Shown here: positions 43,601-53,645 of the stretch, piece by piece
Layout: every line of letters starts with the position of its first letter
How positions within the stretch are numbered: the first letter of the stretch is position 1
Source: Myxococcota bacterium
GTDB taxonomy: Bacteria; Myxococcota_A; UBA9042; PHBI01; JAWLBL01
DNA length: 64,000 nucleotides
Direction of reading: 5' to 3'
Assembly (NCBI GenBank): GCA_041687695.1
Contig: JAWLBL010000035.1
Span: 15,693 to 79,692 of the forward strand
Notes under the pieces: generated by a model
What the model was told of the DNA's origin: nothing
Database searches by the model: none
The model's input: the letters and a program-made list of their open reading frames with translations, nothing else
Position numbers and translations under genes: made by a program

Positions 43601-45189
43601 CACCCGTCCGTGTTGTCCAGGTTGCCGTCGTCGCAGTCCTCCTCGCCGCTCCAGACCACGCCGTCACCGCACTTGGCCGCTACGCACCCGCTCAGGCACC
43701 CGTCCGTGTCGACCGCGTTGCCGTCGTCGCACGCCTCCTGCCCCGCCCAGACGATCCCGTCGCCGCACCGCGCCGGCTCACACGCGCTCGTGCACGCGTC
43801 CCCGTCCACCGCGTTGCCGTCGTCGCACGCCTCGACCCCGGCCCGCACGAACCCGTCCCCGCACCGCGCCAGCAGGCACGTGTTCAGGCACCCGTCCGCG
43901 TTCGACCCGTTCCCGTCGTCGCACTCCTCCCCGTCCTGCACGACCCCGTCGCCGCAGGTCGGCAGCGTGCACGACGACGTGCACCCGTCCGAATCGTCCG
44001 CGTTCCCGTCGTCGCAGGCCTCGACCCCGACGTGCACGAAGCCGTCCCCGCAGCTCGCCGGCACGCACGTGTTCAGGCACCCGTCCGCGTTCGACGCGTT
44101 CCCGTCGTCGCAGCTCTCGCCGCTCTGCACGATCCCGTCACCGCACTTGGCCAGCAGGCACCCGCCCGTGCACCCGTCCTCGTCGTCGTCGTCGCCGTCG
44201 TCGCACTGCTCGACCCCGACCTGCACGAACCCGTCGCCGCAGCTCGGCAGCTCGCACCCGTTCAAGCACCCGTCGTGGTTCGACGCGTTCCCGTCGTCGC
44301 ACGCCTCGACGCCCGCCCACACGAACCCGTCGCCGCAGCTCGCCGCCACGCACGTGTTCAAGCACCCGTCCGCGTTCGACGCGTTGCCGTCGTCACACTC
44401 CTCACCCGGCTGGACCACGCCGTCCCCGCAGCTGGCCAGCCTGCACCCCGGCGTGCAGCTCCCGTCGGCCGCCGCCCCCTCGCCCGCGTCGCACGCCTCG
44501 ACCCCCGCCCACACGATGCCGTCACCGCACACGGCCGCCTCGCACGCGTTCGTGCAGCCGTCGTGGTCGTTCGCGTTGCCGTCGTCGCACGCCTCGACGC
44601 CCACCCACACGAAGCCGTCGCCGCACGACGCCGCGACGCACGTGTTCAGGCACCCGTCCGCGTTGGACGCGTTCCCGTCGTCGCACGCCTCGCCCGGCTG
44701 CACGATGCCGTCGCCGCAGGTCGCCACCCGACACGCCGTCGTGCACCCGTCGTCGTCGACCTCGTTTCCGTCGTCGCACGCCTCGACGCCGACCCGCACC
44801 ACGCCGTCGCCGCACCGCGAGGTCGTGCACGCGTTCGTGCATCCGTCCCCGTCCACCGTGTTGCCGTCGTCGCACTGCTCGACGCCGACCTGCACGAACC
44901 CGTCACCGCACCGCGCCGCCCGGCACTGCCGCGTGCACCCGTCCCCGTCGTTCAGGTTGCCGTCGTCGCACTCCTCGCCGAGCGCCGCCTGCACGATGCC
45001 ATCGCCGCAGCGAGCCACCGTGCAGGCGGGCGTGCACCCGTCGTCCTCCAGGTCGTTGCCGTCGTCGCACGCCTCCCCGGCCTCCAGCTGTCCATTGCCA
45101 CAGACCGGCTCCTCGGAGCACCCCGCGCCCGCGAGCGCGGCGGCCAGCCCGAGGAGGGCCACCCAACGGTCACGACCCAGCGTCATCAC
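40696..45189 (-). CDS. large lipoprotein with ~16 myxobacterial Cys-rich (DUF4215-type) repeats, IPT/TIG-like and Kelch-like domains
   Basis: Lipobox AGC; repeats CGDG.V..G.E.CDDGN....DGC...C; later LYALGG/LYVVGG/LFLFGG Kelch-like motifs. Confidence 0.9.
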   Translation of the reverse strand: MMTLGRDRWVALLGLAAALAGAGCSEEPVCGNGQLEAGEACDDGNDLEDDGCTPACTVARCGDGIVQAALGEECDDGNLNDGDGCTRQCRAARCGDGFVQVGVEQCDDGNTVDGDGCTNACTTSRCGDGVVRVGVEACDDGNEVDDDGCTTACRVATCGDGIVQPGEACDDGNASNADGCLNTCVAASCGDGFVWVGVEACDDGNANDHDGCTNACEAAVCGDGIVWAGVEACDAGEGAAADGSCTPGCRLASCGDGVVQPGEECDDGNASNADGCLNTCVAASCGDGFVWAGVEACDDGNASNHDGCLNGCELPSCGDGFVQVGVEQCDDGDDDDEDGCTGGCLLAKCGDGIVQSGESCDDGNASNADGCLNTCVPASCGDGFVHVGVEACDDGNADDSDGCTSSCTLPTCGDGVVQDGEECDDGNGSNADGCLNTCLLARCGDGFVRAGVEACDDGNAVDGDACTSACEPARCGDGIVWAGQEACDDGNAVDTDGCLSGCVAAKCGDGVVWSGEEDCDDGNLDNTDGCLVTCAAFDLCAGFGVAGVVPPVACEGVVPGELTVKATGAGFLVVEGEGPRVSFDGQPVPVTAMSGCAPVLGAFLDIEGCSELTFEVPDAASLAPGDYVIEVDNPTTLVCGDTATFSVGAKPTIADVSPKAFCEDADVGLQVTGSGFRASTQFWLTGADGQQRPALSTAVATGGALADVSFGPLAAGSYDLTVSNGAGCEDVRPNAITVLPRPVVFFVDPPVAYNGLDLQVTLYVANINGGAVDEVEIRRAGTAGWLTVPHAFDPAAPSKVLATLPKDLVQLGEVVTYEVSVTDGLGCPAALTGATDLTRQIDMAPFAVSPPFGGSTRRTSVSILLDAAAPGDPFQELPRVYLNPVGGGGTATALTSVGFIGPTELTALVGQGLAPGDYDVVVVNPDGSVGLDPAGFTVVDSPPPIIETIAPGAVPGPGVVVTIVGEDFDAGAEVDLLCRDPQLPDAAPTEFGAMANFVDAGRIEFAVPNGIPQNWICLVRVTHPDASFDEFSALVMLNPAENIPASQLTGATLNTARQGLAAVVGAATRRAKFLYALGGHGSAAGAPLASIEAAPLTPFGDLGAFRTLPAGLPEGRTLAAAKAIGRFLYVVGGDDGDGAVASVVRAEVLRPEDAPQIDGDLEIALDPDGLGEGLWYYRVSAVMGAGDADNAGGETLPSEPLPIKVPSWAPDGFEVTLRWSAVPGAAAYRVYRSPAADAPLADVGLIATVAAPSTSFVDALTPAGAATPRRLGDLGAWMAMPPLLAPRAELALGVAVDPVDRDVVHLYALGGRGALGTTLASVEIVSVTVGEGGGHSVTPAWLPGLSLMPAAKRLHGAFSVDATVTTQVELDETWIYSGPGLGGAGASRFHAARVQAGGQLTTWAQAFNGNVSRAGYGAAAASNQLFLFGGSGTAGPSNGRDSGFVGPNGTLGNVNATGDTMAVSRALMGMSQGSGRIFAVGGLTPSGPSTSVESVLW

Positions 45190-45202
45190 GTCTCCCCCCT
45201 CG

Positions 45203-47113
45203 TCATTCCCACGCGTACTCGCAGACGAACGGCGCCGTCTGCGTGCACAGCCGGTCCTCCCAGGCGCCCGCGTCGTCGAGGCCCGCGCAGTCGCCGGCCC
45301 CGGGCGCGCCGTCCGCCCAGTTGGTGTAGGTCGCCGCGAAGAAGCTCCCCGGCCCCTCCACCCACAGCCACAGCCCCTCGGTGAACATGTCCGTCAGGCC
45401 GAACCACGCCGCGGGCGCGAGCGCCGCCGTCAGCAGCCCCTGCACCTCGGCGTTCTCGGTCTCCGACGTCACGCTCGCCAGGTGCCCCCCCAGCACCTCG
45501 CAGTACGCCCGCGCGTCCGCCCACGCCAGCTCCAGCGTGAACAGGGCGTAGCAGCTCCCGCTCGCGCCCAGCACGTTCTCGTCGCCGACGAAGCACTCCT
45601 TCTCGCAGACCTCGTCGCACCAGTCGCCCGCCACCAGGTTGCCGTCGTCGCACGCCTCGACCCCGGCCTGGACGAACCCGTCGCCGCAGCGCGCCGCCAC
45701 GCACCCCGGCAGGCACGCCGCGTCGAAGGCGTTGCCCGCCCCCAGGTCGCACTCCTCGACCCCCTCGCGCACCACGCCGTCGCCGCACACCGGCAGCTCG
45801 CACGCGTTGGTGCACCCGTCCGTGTCCACGTCGTTGCCGTCGTCACAGCCCTCGACGCCCTTCCACACGAACCCGTCCCCGCACTGGGCCACCTCGCAGC
45901 TGTTCAGGCACGCGTCCGCGTTCGACGCGTTGCCGTCGTCGCACGCCTCGCCCGGCTGCACGAACCCGTCGCCGCACGACGCCTCGAGGCACGTCGTCAG
46001 GCAGGCGTCGTGGTTCGACAGGTTGCCGTCGTCGCACGCCTCGCCCGGCTGGACGATGCCGTCGCCGCAGGTCGGCAGCGCGCACGCGTTGGTGCACCCG
46101 TCGTCGTCCACGTCGTTGCCGTCGTCGCACGCCTCGACGCCCACCAGCACGAACCCGTCACCGCACACGTTCAGCGCGCACGCGTTCGTGCACGCGTCGT
46201 TGTTCGACGCGTTGCCGTCGTCACACGCCTCGCCCTCCTGCACCCAGCCGTCGCCGCACACGGCCAGCTGGCACTCGGTCGTGCACCCGTCGGTGTTCGA
46301 CACGTTGCCGTCGTCGCACGCCTCGCCGGCCTGCACGATGCCGTCGCCGCAGCGCGGCAGCTCGCAGTCGTTGGTGCACCCGTCACCGTCGACCTCGTTG
46401 CCGTCGTCGCACGCCTCGACGCCGACGAAGCGCAGCCCGTCGCCGCACACGTTCAGCGCGCACGCGTTGGTGCACGCGTCGTTGTTCGACCCGTTGCCGT
46501 CGTCGCACGCCTCGCCCGCCTGCACGAACCCGTCGCCGCAGCTGGGCTCGGTGCAGTTGGTCAGGCACGCGTCGGTGTTGGACAGGTTCCCGTCGTCGCA
46601 GGCCTCGCCGCCCTGCACGAACCCGTCGCCGCACCGCGCCGCCTTGCACGCGCTGGTGCACCCGTCCGTGTCGACGTCGTTGCCGTCGTCGCACTCCTCG
46701 ACCCCGGCCTGCACCACGCCGTCGCCGCAGACGGCCACCGTGCACTCGGCCGTGCACCCGTCGCTGCCGTCGGCGTTGCCGTCGTCGCACTCCTCGCCCG
46801 CCTGCAGGATGCCGTCCCCGCAGCGCGGCAGCCGGCAGTCGTTGGTGCACCCGTCGAAGTTGGTCCCGTTGCCGTCGTCGCACTCCTCGCCGACGCTCGC
46901 CTGGGTGAACCCGTCGCCACACACGGCCAGCCGGCACGTCGACGTACACCCGTCGGTGTCGTCGTCGTTGCCGTCGTCACATTGTTCGCCCTCTTCGACC
47001 GTGGCGTTTCCGCACACGGCGTCGTCCCCACAGGCGACCAGCGCCCCCGACCAGAGCACGGCGCAGGCCGTCCAGACGAGCGCGTCACGAACGCGCGGCA
47101 TACGCGAAGCCAT
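45203..47113 (-). CDS. lipoprotein with ~15 Cys-rich (DUF4215-type) repeats and C-terminal C-type lectin domain
   Basis: Lipobox LVAC; CGDG repeats; SCY...WADARAYC..LGGHLASV..WFGLTD..EG.W.W...W.D..C....FVCE. Confidence 0.9.
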   Translation of the reverse strand: MASRMPRVRDALVWTACAVLWSGALVACGDDAVCGNATVEEGEQCDDGNDDDTDGCTSTCRLAVCGDGFTQASVGEECDDGNGTNFDGCTNDCRLPRCGDGILQAGEECDDGNADGSDGCTAECTVAVCGDGVVQAGVEECDDGNDVDTDGCTSACKAARCGDGFVQGGEACDDGNLSNTDACLTNCTEPSCGDGFVQAGEACDDGNGSNNDACTNACALNVCGDGLRFVGVEACDDGNEVDGDGCTNDCELPRCGDGIVQAGEACDDGNVSNTDGCTTECQLAVCGDGWVQEGEACDDGNASNNDACTNACALNVCGDGFVLVGVEACDDGNDVDDDGCTNACALPTCGDGIVQPGEACDDGNLSNHDACLTTCLEASCGDGFVQPGEACDDGNASNADACLNSCEVAQCGDGFVWKGVEGCDDGNDVDTDGCTNACELPVCGDGVVREGVEECDLGAGNAFDAACLPGCVAARCGDGFVQAGVEACDDGNLVAGDWCDEVCEKECFVGDENVLGASGSCYALFTLELAWADARAYCEVLGGHLASVTSETENAEVQGLLTAALAPAAWFGLTDMFTEGLWLWVEGPGSFFAATYTNWADGAPGAGDCAGLDDAGAWEDRLCTQTAPFVCEYAWE

Positions 47114-47721
47114 GGAGTCCCTCCCAACGGATCCCGAAACGGTAGATTGGCCGGACGTCGGCCCGGGCTCGACCCGGACCCGCGCGCGCGGTCGCCGCCC
47201 ACCCGGCGGCGTCCCGCGCTCCGTCCCGAAGCGCGGCATCGACTCTGCGCAGCTTTCGACCGCCGGCGATCCCGACGCAAGCGCACCGCCCCCCGCGGTC
47301 CGCCCTCGGCTGTGACCGAGGCCGGATCGTCCCCGCGCCGCGCTCCCCCACCCCCACGCCCGCTCGCGCCGCGCTCTCCATCGCAAGTGCGCGATAACAG
47401 ACCATTGCGCGCCCTCTCGCGCGCCGCCTCCCCCACACGGCCCGGAAGTATCCAGAACGGATACGGAATCATCGCAACGAGGCTCGCGTGGGCCCGCATG
47501 TGCCCCCTCCCTGGACAGCTCGAGGCGGCCGTGAGGCGGCGCCGATCGCGCGCCGCGCTCCGTCACCCTGCCGGCTGCGCGAGGCGCGGTGGCGGCCTCG
47601 AGCCGTCGCGCCATTCTGCGGTTGTCTCGACGCCTCGCGGTTCATAGGCTCCGCACGCACCGCGGCCGGCTGCCTCCCCGGCGGCCCCCGGTGCGTCGCC
47701 CGAAGCGCGACGGGGGGACGA

Positions 47722-50700
47722 ATGCGTGGGTTCGGTTCGGTACGTTCAGGCCGTGGCGTCAGCCCTTGGACCATCGTGGTTGGCGCGCTGCTCGCAGCGA
47801 TCGGCGCGTGCGGCGACGGAGGCGCGCCGACCTCCGACGTCGGCGACACCAGCGGCGACGTCGGCGAGGAGCTGGTCGACACGCTGCTGGTCGAGGCGGT
47901 CATCGGCCCCGAGGGCGGCACGCTGCGCGACGAGGCCCATGGCGTGACGGTGACCTTCCCCGAGGGCGCCCTGACCGAGCCGACCACGCTGCGCCTCTTC
48001 GCGCGCCAGGTCGCGCCCAAGGCCGACGGCGCCGAGGACCCGTGGGTGGTGCCGACGCGGCGCTTCCTCCTCGAGCCGGCCGGGCTGGCGCTGGCCGAGC
48101 CCGCGTGGGTCCATCTGAAGGCCTCGGCCGAGGCGATCCCCTTTCCGGCGACCGGCCCGGACCTGGGGATCTACCGCCGCGACGACGCCGGGTGGTCACC
48201 CATCGACCTCACGCCCTACGCCGGCTCCGAGCGCCACTTCCCCGCGACCTTCGAAGTCTCGGGCTACACCGACCGCCTCGGCGAATTCGCCGCTCGGCTC
48301 CACCCGCCCTACGACCAGCCGCCGGTCCTGACGCAGATCGGCTACTACGATCCAGTCTCCCTGCCGTCGGGCCCCGTGACGGTGGTCGGCGCCGGCGGGC
48401 TGCACACCATCTGGGGGCACAACTTCGGCTGGGATCCCAGCCAGGTCCGGGTGTCGGTCGGCGGCGTCTCCCAGCCCATCCACGATCTGACCAACGCGAC
48501 CGTCGAGTTCGCCCTGGGCGTGCCCCAGCCCCAGAACGACAAAGACTTCGCCGTGGTGGTCCAGGTGCGCGGCGCCAGCAGCAACACGCTCGTCATCCGG
48601 GTGGCCGGGCTGACCTCGGGCAAGTCGGTGGTCGACAAGGTCGCCCCACCCGGCGGCGCCCCGCGCGGCACGCGCGTCGGGATGCAGGGCGTGTTCTACG
48701 GCGGCCTCGAGACGCGCACCGTCACCCTGGGCGGCGTGACGGTCCCGCACGAGCTCGACGGCAGCGGCAACCTCTGGTTCACCGTCCCATCGCTCGCCCC
48801 GCTCGGCCCGACCCAGATCGTCATCGCGGACGGGCTCGGCGGCGAGCCCTCGGACCCGGTGCCCTACGTCGTCCTCCCGTCCGAGGCGCCGACCCTGTCG
48901 CCGGGCCTGCAGGCGCAGGGGCTGTGGCTGCCCGCGCGGCTGCCGACAACGACGCTCGACACCTATGGACCCGAGATCGACCTGGTCTTCGACGTACAGA
49001 ACATGCCGCCGTACGTCTCGGACGCCAGCCAGCTGTCGGTGCGCTATTGGACCAGCGACGTCGACACCGACTGGCAGGAGATCCTGGCCACCAGCGACAC
49101 CCCACTGCCCTGCATCGGGATGCCCACCGGCCGGTGCATCCTGAGGCTGCCCAAGGCGCTGTCGTTCACGCTCGCCGAGGGAGACACGGTGAACGTGGCC
49201 GTGCGAGTGCGCGTCGCGCAATACCCGGCCACGGGGCCGCTGCCCAAGACGCCCGACTGGATCCATCGCGAGAGCGCCCCCGTCCAGGTCACGATCGCCG
49301 GGCGGGCCATCCCCGGCGCCGTGACCACCGGCCACGTCGGCCCCTGGTACGGCACGGTGGGCTGGATGTGTAGCGGCGCCGGCTCGCCGCTGGCCATCGG
49401 CGACGTGCTGTGCCTGCGGATCGGGGACACCTGTCACGAGGGCACCTGCGTGGCCCAGCAGCTGGTCGAGGCGCCCGCGCTCTGGGACGGCCAGCTGCCC
49501 TGGGGAGCCCACGGCGTGCATGGGCACTGCTTCCCGCTGGCCAAGGCGCAGACCATCGCGATGCACAACGAGTCGCTGGGGCTGTCGTGCGAGGTCGAGG
49601 TGGCGCACACCGGGGGGCGCGTGTCCGCCGGCAGCGTGCACGGGGTCGCGCACGACCAGCCGCTGGTCCTGGGGCTGGGCGGCGGGCGCCTGAGCATCCC
49701 GCCGGGGGCGCTGCCGCCGCTGCCCGCTGGCGACACCTACTCGGTCACGGTCTGGGCGCCGAGCGCCGACGACCCGGGCAACCCGCCGCTGCAGTCCGCG
49801 GATCCGCAGGCCGCGACCGCCCTCGGGACCTACCAGATCCAGATCCATCCCGAGCCCTCGAAGCTGAACGCGCCCATCGGGCTGAGCCTGCCGGTCGCCC
49901 CCGGAGGCCACGGCCCCTCGCTGGGGCTCATCGATCGCGCCACCGGTTTCGTGCGTGAGGTCGCCGCCGCCTACGACGCGCTGTCCGGGCAGCTGACCTG
50001 GGCGCTGCCCGCGGGTCACTACGAGGCGCCGAAGGCCGAGCCGCCGAGCGGGCCGGTGGCGCTGCCGGCGCGGTTCAACGCGGCGTTCCAGGACATCGGC
50101 GTCCTGTACCGCAAGCACCAGCCGGGGGTCATCGAGGACGCCCAGGGGCGGGTGCGGGTCGAGTACGTGGTCGATGCGAGCAGCGACGACTACTGCACGG
50201 ATCCCTACGCGGTCTGGGTGCTCGAGGCGGCCGTCCTGGCCTGGGAGAAGCTGCAGGGCGAGGGCTGGGAGGCGCCGGAGGAGACGGTGCGGATCTTCGT
50301 GCGCAAGACCGTCTCGTGGGCGAGCAGCACGGCCAAGGGCGCGACGTCGTCGGGTTTTCTGGGCGCCGTGCAGGTCACCATCAAGAGCGACCTCGCCGAC
50401 AACGCCGAGGTCCGCTACGTCGTGGCGCACGAGATGGGGCACGTCTTCCAGCGGCAGTACACCACGAACCTGACGCTGTCCTGGCTCGACGAGGCCGCCG
50501 CCGAGTGGGCGGCCTTCATCACCCTGGGCGAGCTCTTCCCGACCGAGGGGATGACGGGCGATCAGGACGCGGTGCGGCTGGTGCTGGCGGGGCTGCCGTC
50601 CAGCTGGGGCGGCGTCTCGGACCCCTACATCTATGGGTCGTCGGTGTGGGTGCTGTGGCTGTCGTGGAAGAAGGGGACCGCCATGGTCCGCAAGCTGTAC

Positions 50701-51468
50701 GAGGCCCTGGACTGGAGCCCGTCGGCCTGGGCCAGCGTGTACACCACGTTGCAGAGCGCCACCGGCGACAGCGCCTCGACGCTGATGCGCGAGTTCGCCG
50801 AGGACTTCTGGCTGCAGCGCTTCACCCCGGTGGACAAGCTGGCGCTCGGCGCCGAGCTGGCGGGCGTCGGGCCGGGCAACACCATGACGCTCACGGCGAC
50901 CGGCGACCAGCCGCTGCCCCTGACGAGGCCGCCCCTGTCCAGCCGCCGCTACCGGTTGGACATCCCCAGCGCGCTGCACACGGCGCTGGGCACGGGCGAT
51001 CTGGTGCTGCGCGTCATCGATCTCGACGACGGCGCCGAGCTCTCGGTGTGGAGCGAGGCGTCCTTGACGCCCGACCCGGCGGCACCTGAGGAGAAGGCGC
51101 GCCTGAGCAAGGACGAGCCCATGATCGTGCTGGACGAGCTGGAGACCGGCAGCTGGTGGATCATCCACAACAACTGGTCGACCAGCGTCACCAGCGAGGG
51201 CACCTTCACCATCGACGTGCCCCGCGTGACCGGCCTCACCCCGACCAGCGCCTCCGAGGGCACCATCGTGCAGGTCTCCGGACAGGATCTCGGCACCACC
51301 AAGGGCGAGCTGCGCGTCGGCGGGCAGCCGGTGCAGTCCGGCCAGTGGGGCCCCTCCGGCACCTGGTTCACGATGCCCGACTTCCCCAACACCCAGTCGG
51401 TCACCGTCAGCATCACCACGAGCGACGGCGCCAAGACCAACGCGCTGACCCTGCAGGTCGTGGACTGA
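47722..51468 (+). CDS. large lipoprotein with IPT/TIG-like domains and a putative zinc metallopeptidase (gluzincin-like) domain
   Basis: Lipobox IGAC; IGPEGG/FPEGAL ZU5-like start; GHNFG and GQDLG IPT-like segments; AHEMGH followed by WLDEAAAEW. Confidence 0.75.
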   Translation: MRGFGSVRSGRGVSPWTIVVGALLAAIGACGDGGAPTSDVGDTSGDVGEELVDTLLVEAVIGPEGGTLRDEAHGVTVTFPEGALTEPTTLRLFARQVAPKADGAEDPWVVPTRRFLLEPAGLALAEPAWVHLKASAEAIPFPATGPDLGIYRRDDAGWSPIDLTPYAGSERHFPATFEVSGYTDRLGEFAARLHPPYDQPPVLTQIGYYDPVSLPSGPVTVVGAGGLHTIWGHNFGWDPSQVRVSVGGVSQPIHDLTNATVEFALGVPQPQNDKDFAVVVQVRGASSNTLVIRVAGLTSGKSVVDKVAPPGGAPRGTRVGMQGVFYGGLETRTVTLGGVTVPHELDGSGNLWFTVPSLAPLGPTQIVIADGLGGEPSDPVPYVVLPSEAPTLSPGLQAQGLWLPARLPTTTLDTYGPEIDLVFDVQNMPPYVSDASQLSVRYWTSDVDTDWQEILATSDTPLPCIGMPTGRCILRLPKALSFTLAEGDTVNVAVRVRVAQYPATGPLPKTPDWIHRESAPVQVTIAGRAIPGAVTTGHVGPWYGTVGWMCSGAGSPLAIGDVLCLRIGDTCHEGTCVAQQLVEAPALWDGQLPWGAHGVHGHCFPLAKAQTIAMHNESLGLSCEVEVAHTGGRVSAGSVHGVAHDQPLVLGLGGGRLSIPPGALPPLPAGDTYSVTVWAPSADDPGNPPLQSADPQAATALGTYQIQIHPEPSKLNAPIGLSLPVAPGGHGPSLGLIDRATGFVREVAAAYDALSGQLTWALPAGHYEAPKAEPPSGPVALPARFNAAFQDIGVLYRKHQPGVIEDAQGRVRVEYVVDASSDDYCTDPYAVWVLEAAVLAWEKLQGEGWEAPEETVRIFVRKTVSWASSTAKGATSSGFLGAVQVTIKSDLADNAEVRYVVAHEMGHVFQRQYTTNLTLSWLDEAAAEWAAFITLGELFPTEGMTGDQDAVRLVLAGLPSSWGGVSDPYIYGSSVWVLWLSWKKGTAMVRKLYEALDWSPSAWASVYTTLQSATGDSASTLMREFAEDFWLQRFTPVDKLALGAELAGVGPGNTMTLTATGDQPLPLTRPPLSSRRYRLDIPSALHTALGTGDLVLRVIDLDDGAELSVWSEASLTPDPAAPEEKARLSKDEPMIVLDELETGSWWIIHNNWSTSVTSEGTFTIDVPRVTGLTPTSASEGTIVQVSGQDLGTTKGELRVGGQPVQSGQWGPSGTWFTMPDFPNTQSVTVSITTSDGAKTNALTLQVVD

Positions 51469-51469
51469 C

Positions 51470-51512
51470 GCCCCGGGGCCGCGCCGTCCCTCTCGAGACG
51501 GCCCCCGGGGCG
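51470..51512. terminator. GC-rich hairpin between convergent genes
   Basis: GCCCCGGGG...CCGTC..GACGG..CCCCGGGGC inverted repeat just after the stop at 51468; no U-tract. Confidence 0.4.
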
Positions 51513-51540
51513 CCCCCCCCCCCGCGCGGCTACGAAGGCG

Positions 51541-52818
51541 TCACAGCGAGATGATGATCGAGTTGCCCGTCGACGGCTCGAACTCGACGATCGAGAACCC
51601 GTCCTGCGCGACCAGCAGGTTCCCGTTCGACCGGAGCCAGATGGGCGCGTAGTTCAGGCTGTTGATGTTGACCGGGCCGCCCGCCCCGAGCGGCATCCAC
51701 GGGAAGACGCCCCCCTCGAAGATGAGCGCCGTCTTGCCAGTCGCCGGGTCGAAGGCGTCGATGGACACGCCGTTGGTCATGCCGGCCAGCCACCAGACCT
51801 GCCGGGTGTCGTCCCAGACCGCCCACCGCTCCGTCGGGGTCACGCCGCCCGGCTCCGACCACAGCGTCCGGTCTCCCGTATCCAGGTCCACCGAGAAGAA
51901 CTGCTTGGGCTGCGTCGAGAACGCCCACAGCTGCCCGGCGTGCAGCGTGAAGCCCTGGATGAAGCCCGACAGGTACGGGCCCTCGCCGCGGGTCGCCTCG
52001 GCGATGCCGTTGCCGGTCACCACCTCGCACTGCGTGAAGTCGGCGCTCAGGCGCATGATGCCGCGCCCCTGGGTCGGGTTGGAGAACCCGATGTACACGC
52101 GCCCCTCGGGGTCGACGGCGAACCCGCTGTGCGACAGCTGCAGGCGGAAGGGGCTCTCCGGCGTCTCGCAGAAGCCGAACTTGCTCGGATCGCCCAGCTC
52201 GGTGCTCCACTTCAGCTCGGTCGCGCCGGTGTCCCGGTCGACCTGCAGGACGTGGGTCCCGGTGCCGCGCGGGTTGCGCACGAACGCGTACAGCTGCCGT
52301 CCGTGCGCCGGCCGCACGTCCAGCACGTGCCCGATGGTGTACTCGTACGGGCCCCACGACGGCCCCGAGTGCGGCCCCGGCTCCAGGATGACGGTCCGGT
52401 CGCCGGTCGCCACGTCGACGGTCAGGATGAGCCCCTCCCACGCGGTCGACGGCCCCAGGCCCGCCGCGACGTACAGCGTCCCCTCGGGGCCCTCGGCCTC
52501 GTCCAGGAACCCGCCGTAGTACTCGGCCTGGTACATCGGCGCGATGGACGGCCCCTCTCCCACCGAGATGCCGGCCTTCATCAGGTTGTAGGGCCGCTTG
52601 CACAGGTCGATGCCGCTGCTGGGCGCCTGGTTGTTGAAGCAGCGACAGTCGGCCAGCAGCTTGCTCTTGTGCTTCTGCTGCTGCACCAGCGGACACGGCC
52701 GGTCGTAGTACGGGCTCGACTTGTCCGTGATGGTCGGCTCCTCGCCCAGCAACCCCTCGCACCCGGCCAGGGTCAGCCCCACCAGCCCGGCCACCCACAC
52801 ACGCATCATCGGCGTCAT
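51541..52818 (-). CDS. hypothetical lipoprotein, probable beta-propeller
   Basis: Lipobox LAGC; repeated VD..TG.R motifs. Confidence 0.75.
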   Translation of the reverse strand: MTPMMRVWVAGLVGLTLAGCEGLLGEEPTITDKSSPYYDRPCPLVQQQKHKSKLLADCRCFNNQAPSSGIDLCKRPYNLMKAGISVGEGPSIAPMYQAEYYGGFLDEAEGPEGTLYVAAGLGPSTAWEGLILTVDVATGDRTVILEPGPHSGPSWGPYEYTIGHVLDVRPAHGRQLYAFVRNPRGTGTHVLQVDRDTGATELKWSTELGDPSKFGFCETPESPFRLQLSHSGFAVDPEGRVYIGFSNPTQGRGIMRLSADFTQCEVVTGNGIAEATRGEGPYLSGFIQGFTLHAGQLWAFSTQPKQFFSVDLDTGDRTLWSEPGGVTPTERWAVWDDTRQVWWLAGMTNGVSIDAFDPATGKTALIFEGGVFPWMPLGAGGPVNINSLNYAPIWLRSNGNLLVAQDGFSIVEFEPSTGNSIIISL

Positions 52819-53007
52819 CGGTCTCCCTCCCAGTTGCCGCGGATTGAACCGGTCCGCCACGCCTGCGGGCAACGACCGAACGCCTCGTGTGAGGTTCCGG
52901 TGAGATCCGCGCCGCCCGTGTGAGATCCTCGAGAGATCACCCGCCGGCTCCCGCCCGGTAGCGTGCCCGCGCGGCCCGCCGCCGCCCATCGCCCCCCGGA
53001 GCACCCC

Positions 53008-53463
53008 ATGACCGCGTTCCCTCACCGCTCGCGCGCCCTGCTGCGCCCCCTCGCCCTCGCCGCCGCCCTCGCCGTGAGCCCGGCCTGCCGCACCGAGGCC
53101 CCGTCCTCGGGCGCCGCCGCCGCCCCCAAGACGGCCGCCATCGCCCCCAACGGCCCCATGGGCAACTACGCGGGCACGCTGAAGAAGCACGACGGCGCCG
53201 TCGCGGACCACCGCGTCGACGTCCTGACCGACCGGGCCGGCGCCCCCACCGTCACCGTCTACGAGTTCTGCAGCCTCCCGCTGACCGGCCCCGGCCCGAG
53301 CTACACCGTCGCCGAGGGCGCCAGCTGCCTGCTCGACCTGGGCGACGGCAAGCAGCGCCCCCGCGCCGCCACCGGCGAGGCCACCATCGCCGACGGCCGC
53401 ATCAACGTGACCGTCACCTTCCCCGACGACCGGCTCACCTGGTCCTACGAAGGGCGACGCTGA
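53008..53463 (+). CDS. hypothetical lipoprotein
   Basis: Leader ending SPAC; RBS GGAG. Confidence 0.7.
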   Translation: MTAFPHRSRALLRPLALAAALAVSPACRTEAPSSGAAAAPKTAAIAPNGPMGNYAGTLKKHDGAVADHRVDVLTDRAGAPTVTVYEFCSLPLTGPGPSYTVAEGASCLLDLGDGKQRPRAATGEATIADGRINVTVTFPDDRLTWSYEGRR

Positions 53464-53645
53464 CCGCGACGGCGGCGCTCACGGCGGCGCAGGGTGGTTA
53501 GCCGCTATACACTCTGTGGCCGTTCTCCTCCGACGCCCCGGAGCCCCCGCCCCGGTCTGGTCCGCGCCGATGGCGGCGCGCCACCTCGCCCTGCACTGCG
53601 AGCGCGGCCCCCCGTACGCCTGCCGCCTTTCCGCCCGTCGACGCC

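Noticed and set aside
43600..47030. Regularly spaced GTTGCCGTCGTCGCA repeats resembling an array
   Set aside because: They encode the CDDGN motif of protein repeats within open reading frames.
43373..47647. 1424 aa plus-strand Ser/Pro/His-rich repetitive ORF
   Set aside because: Reverse-strand reading of the CGDG repeat genes.
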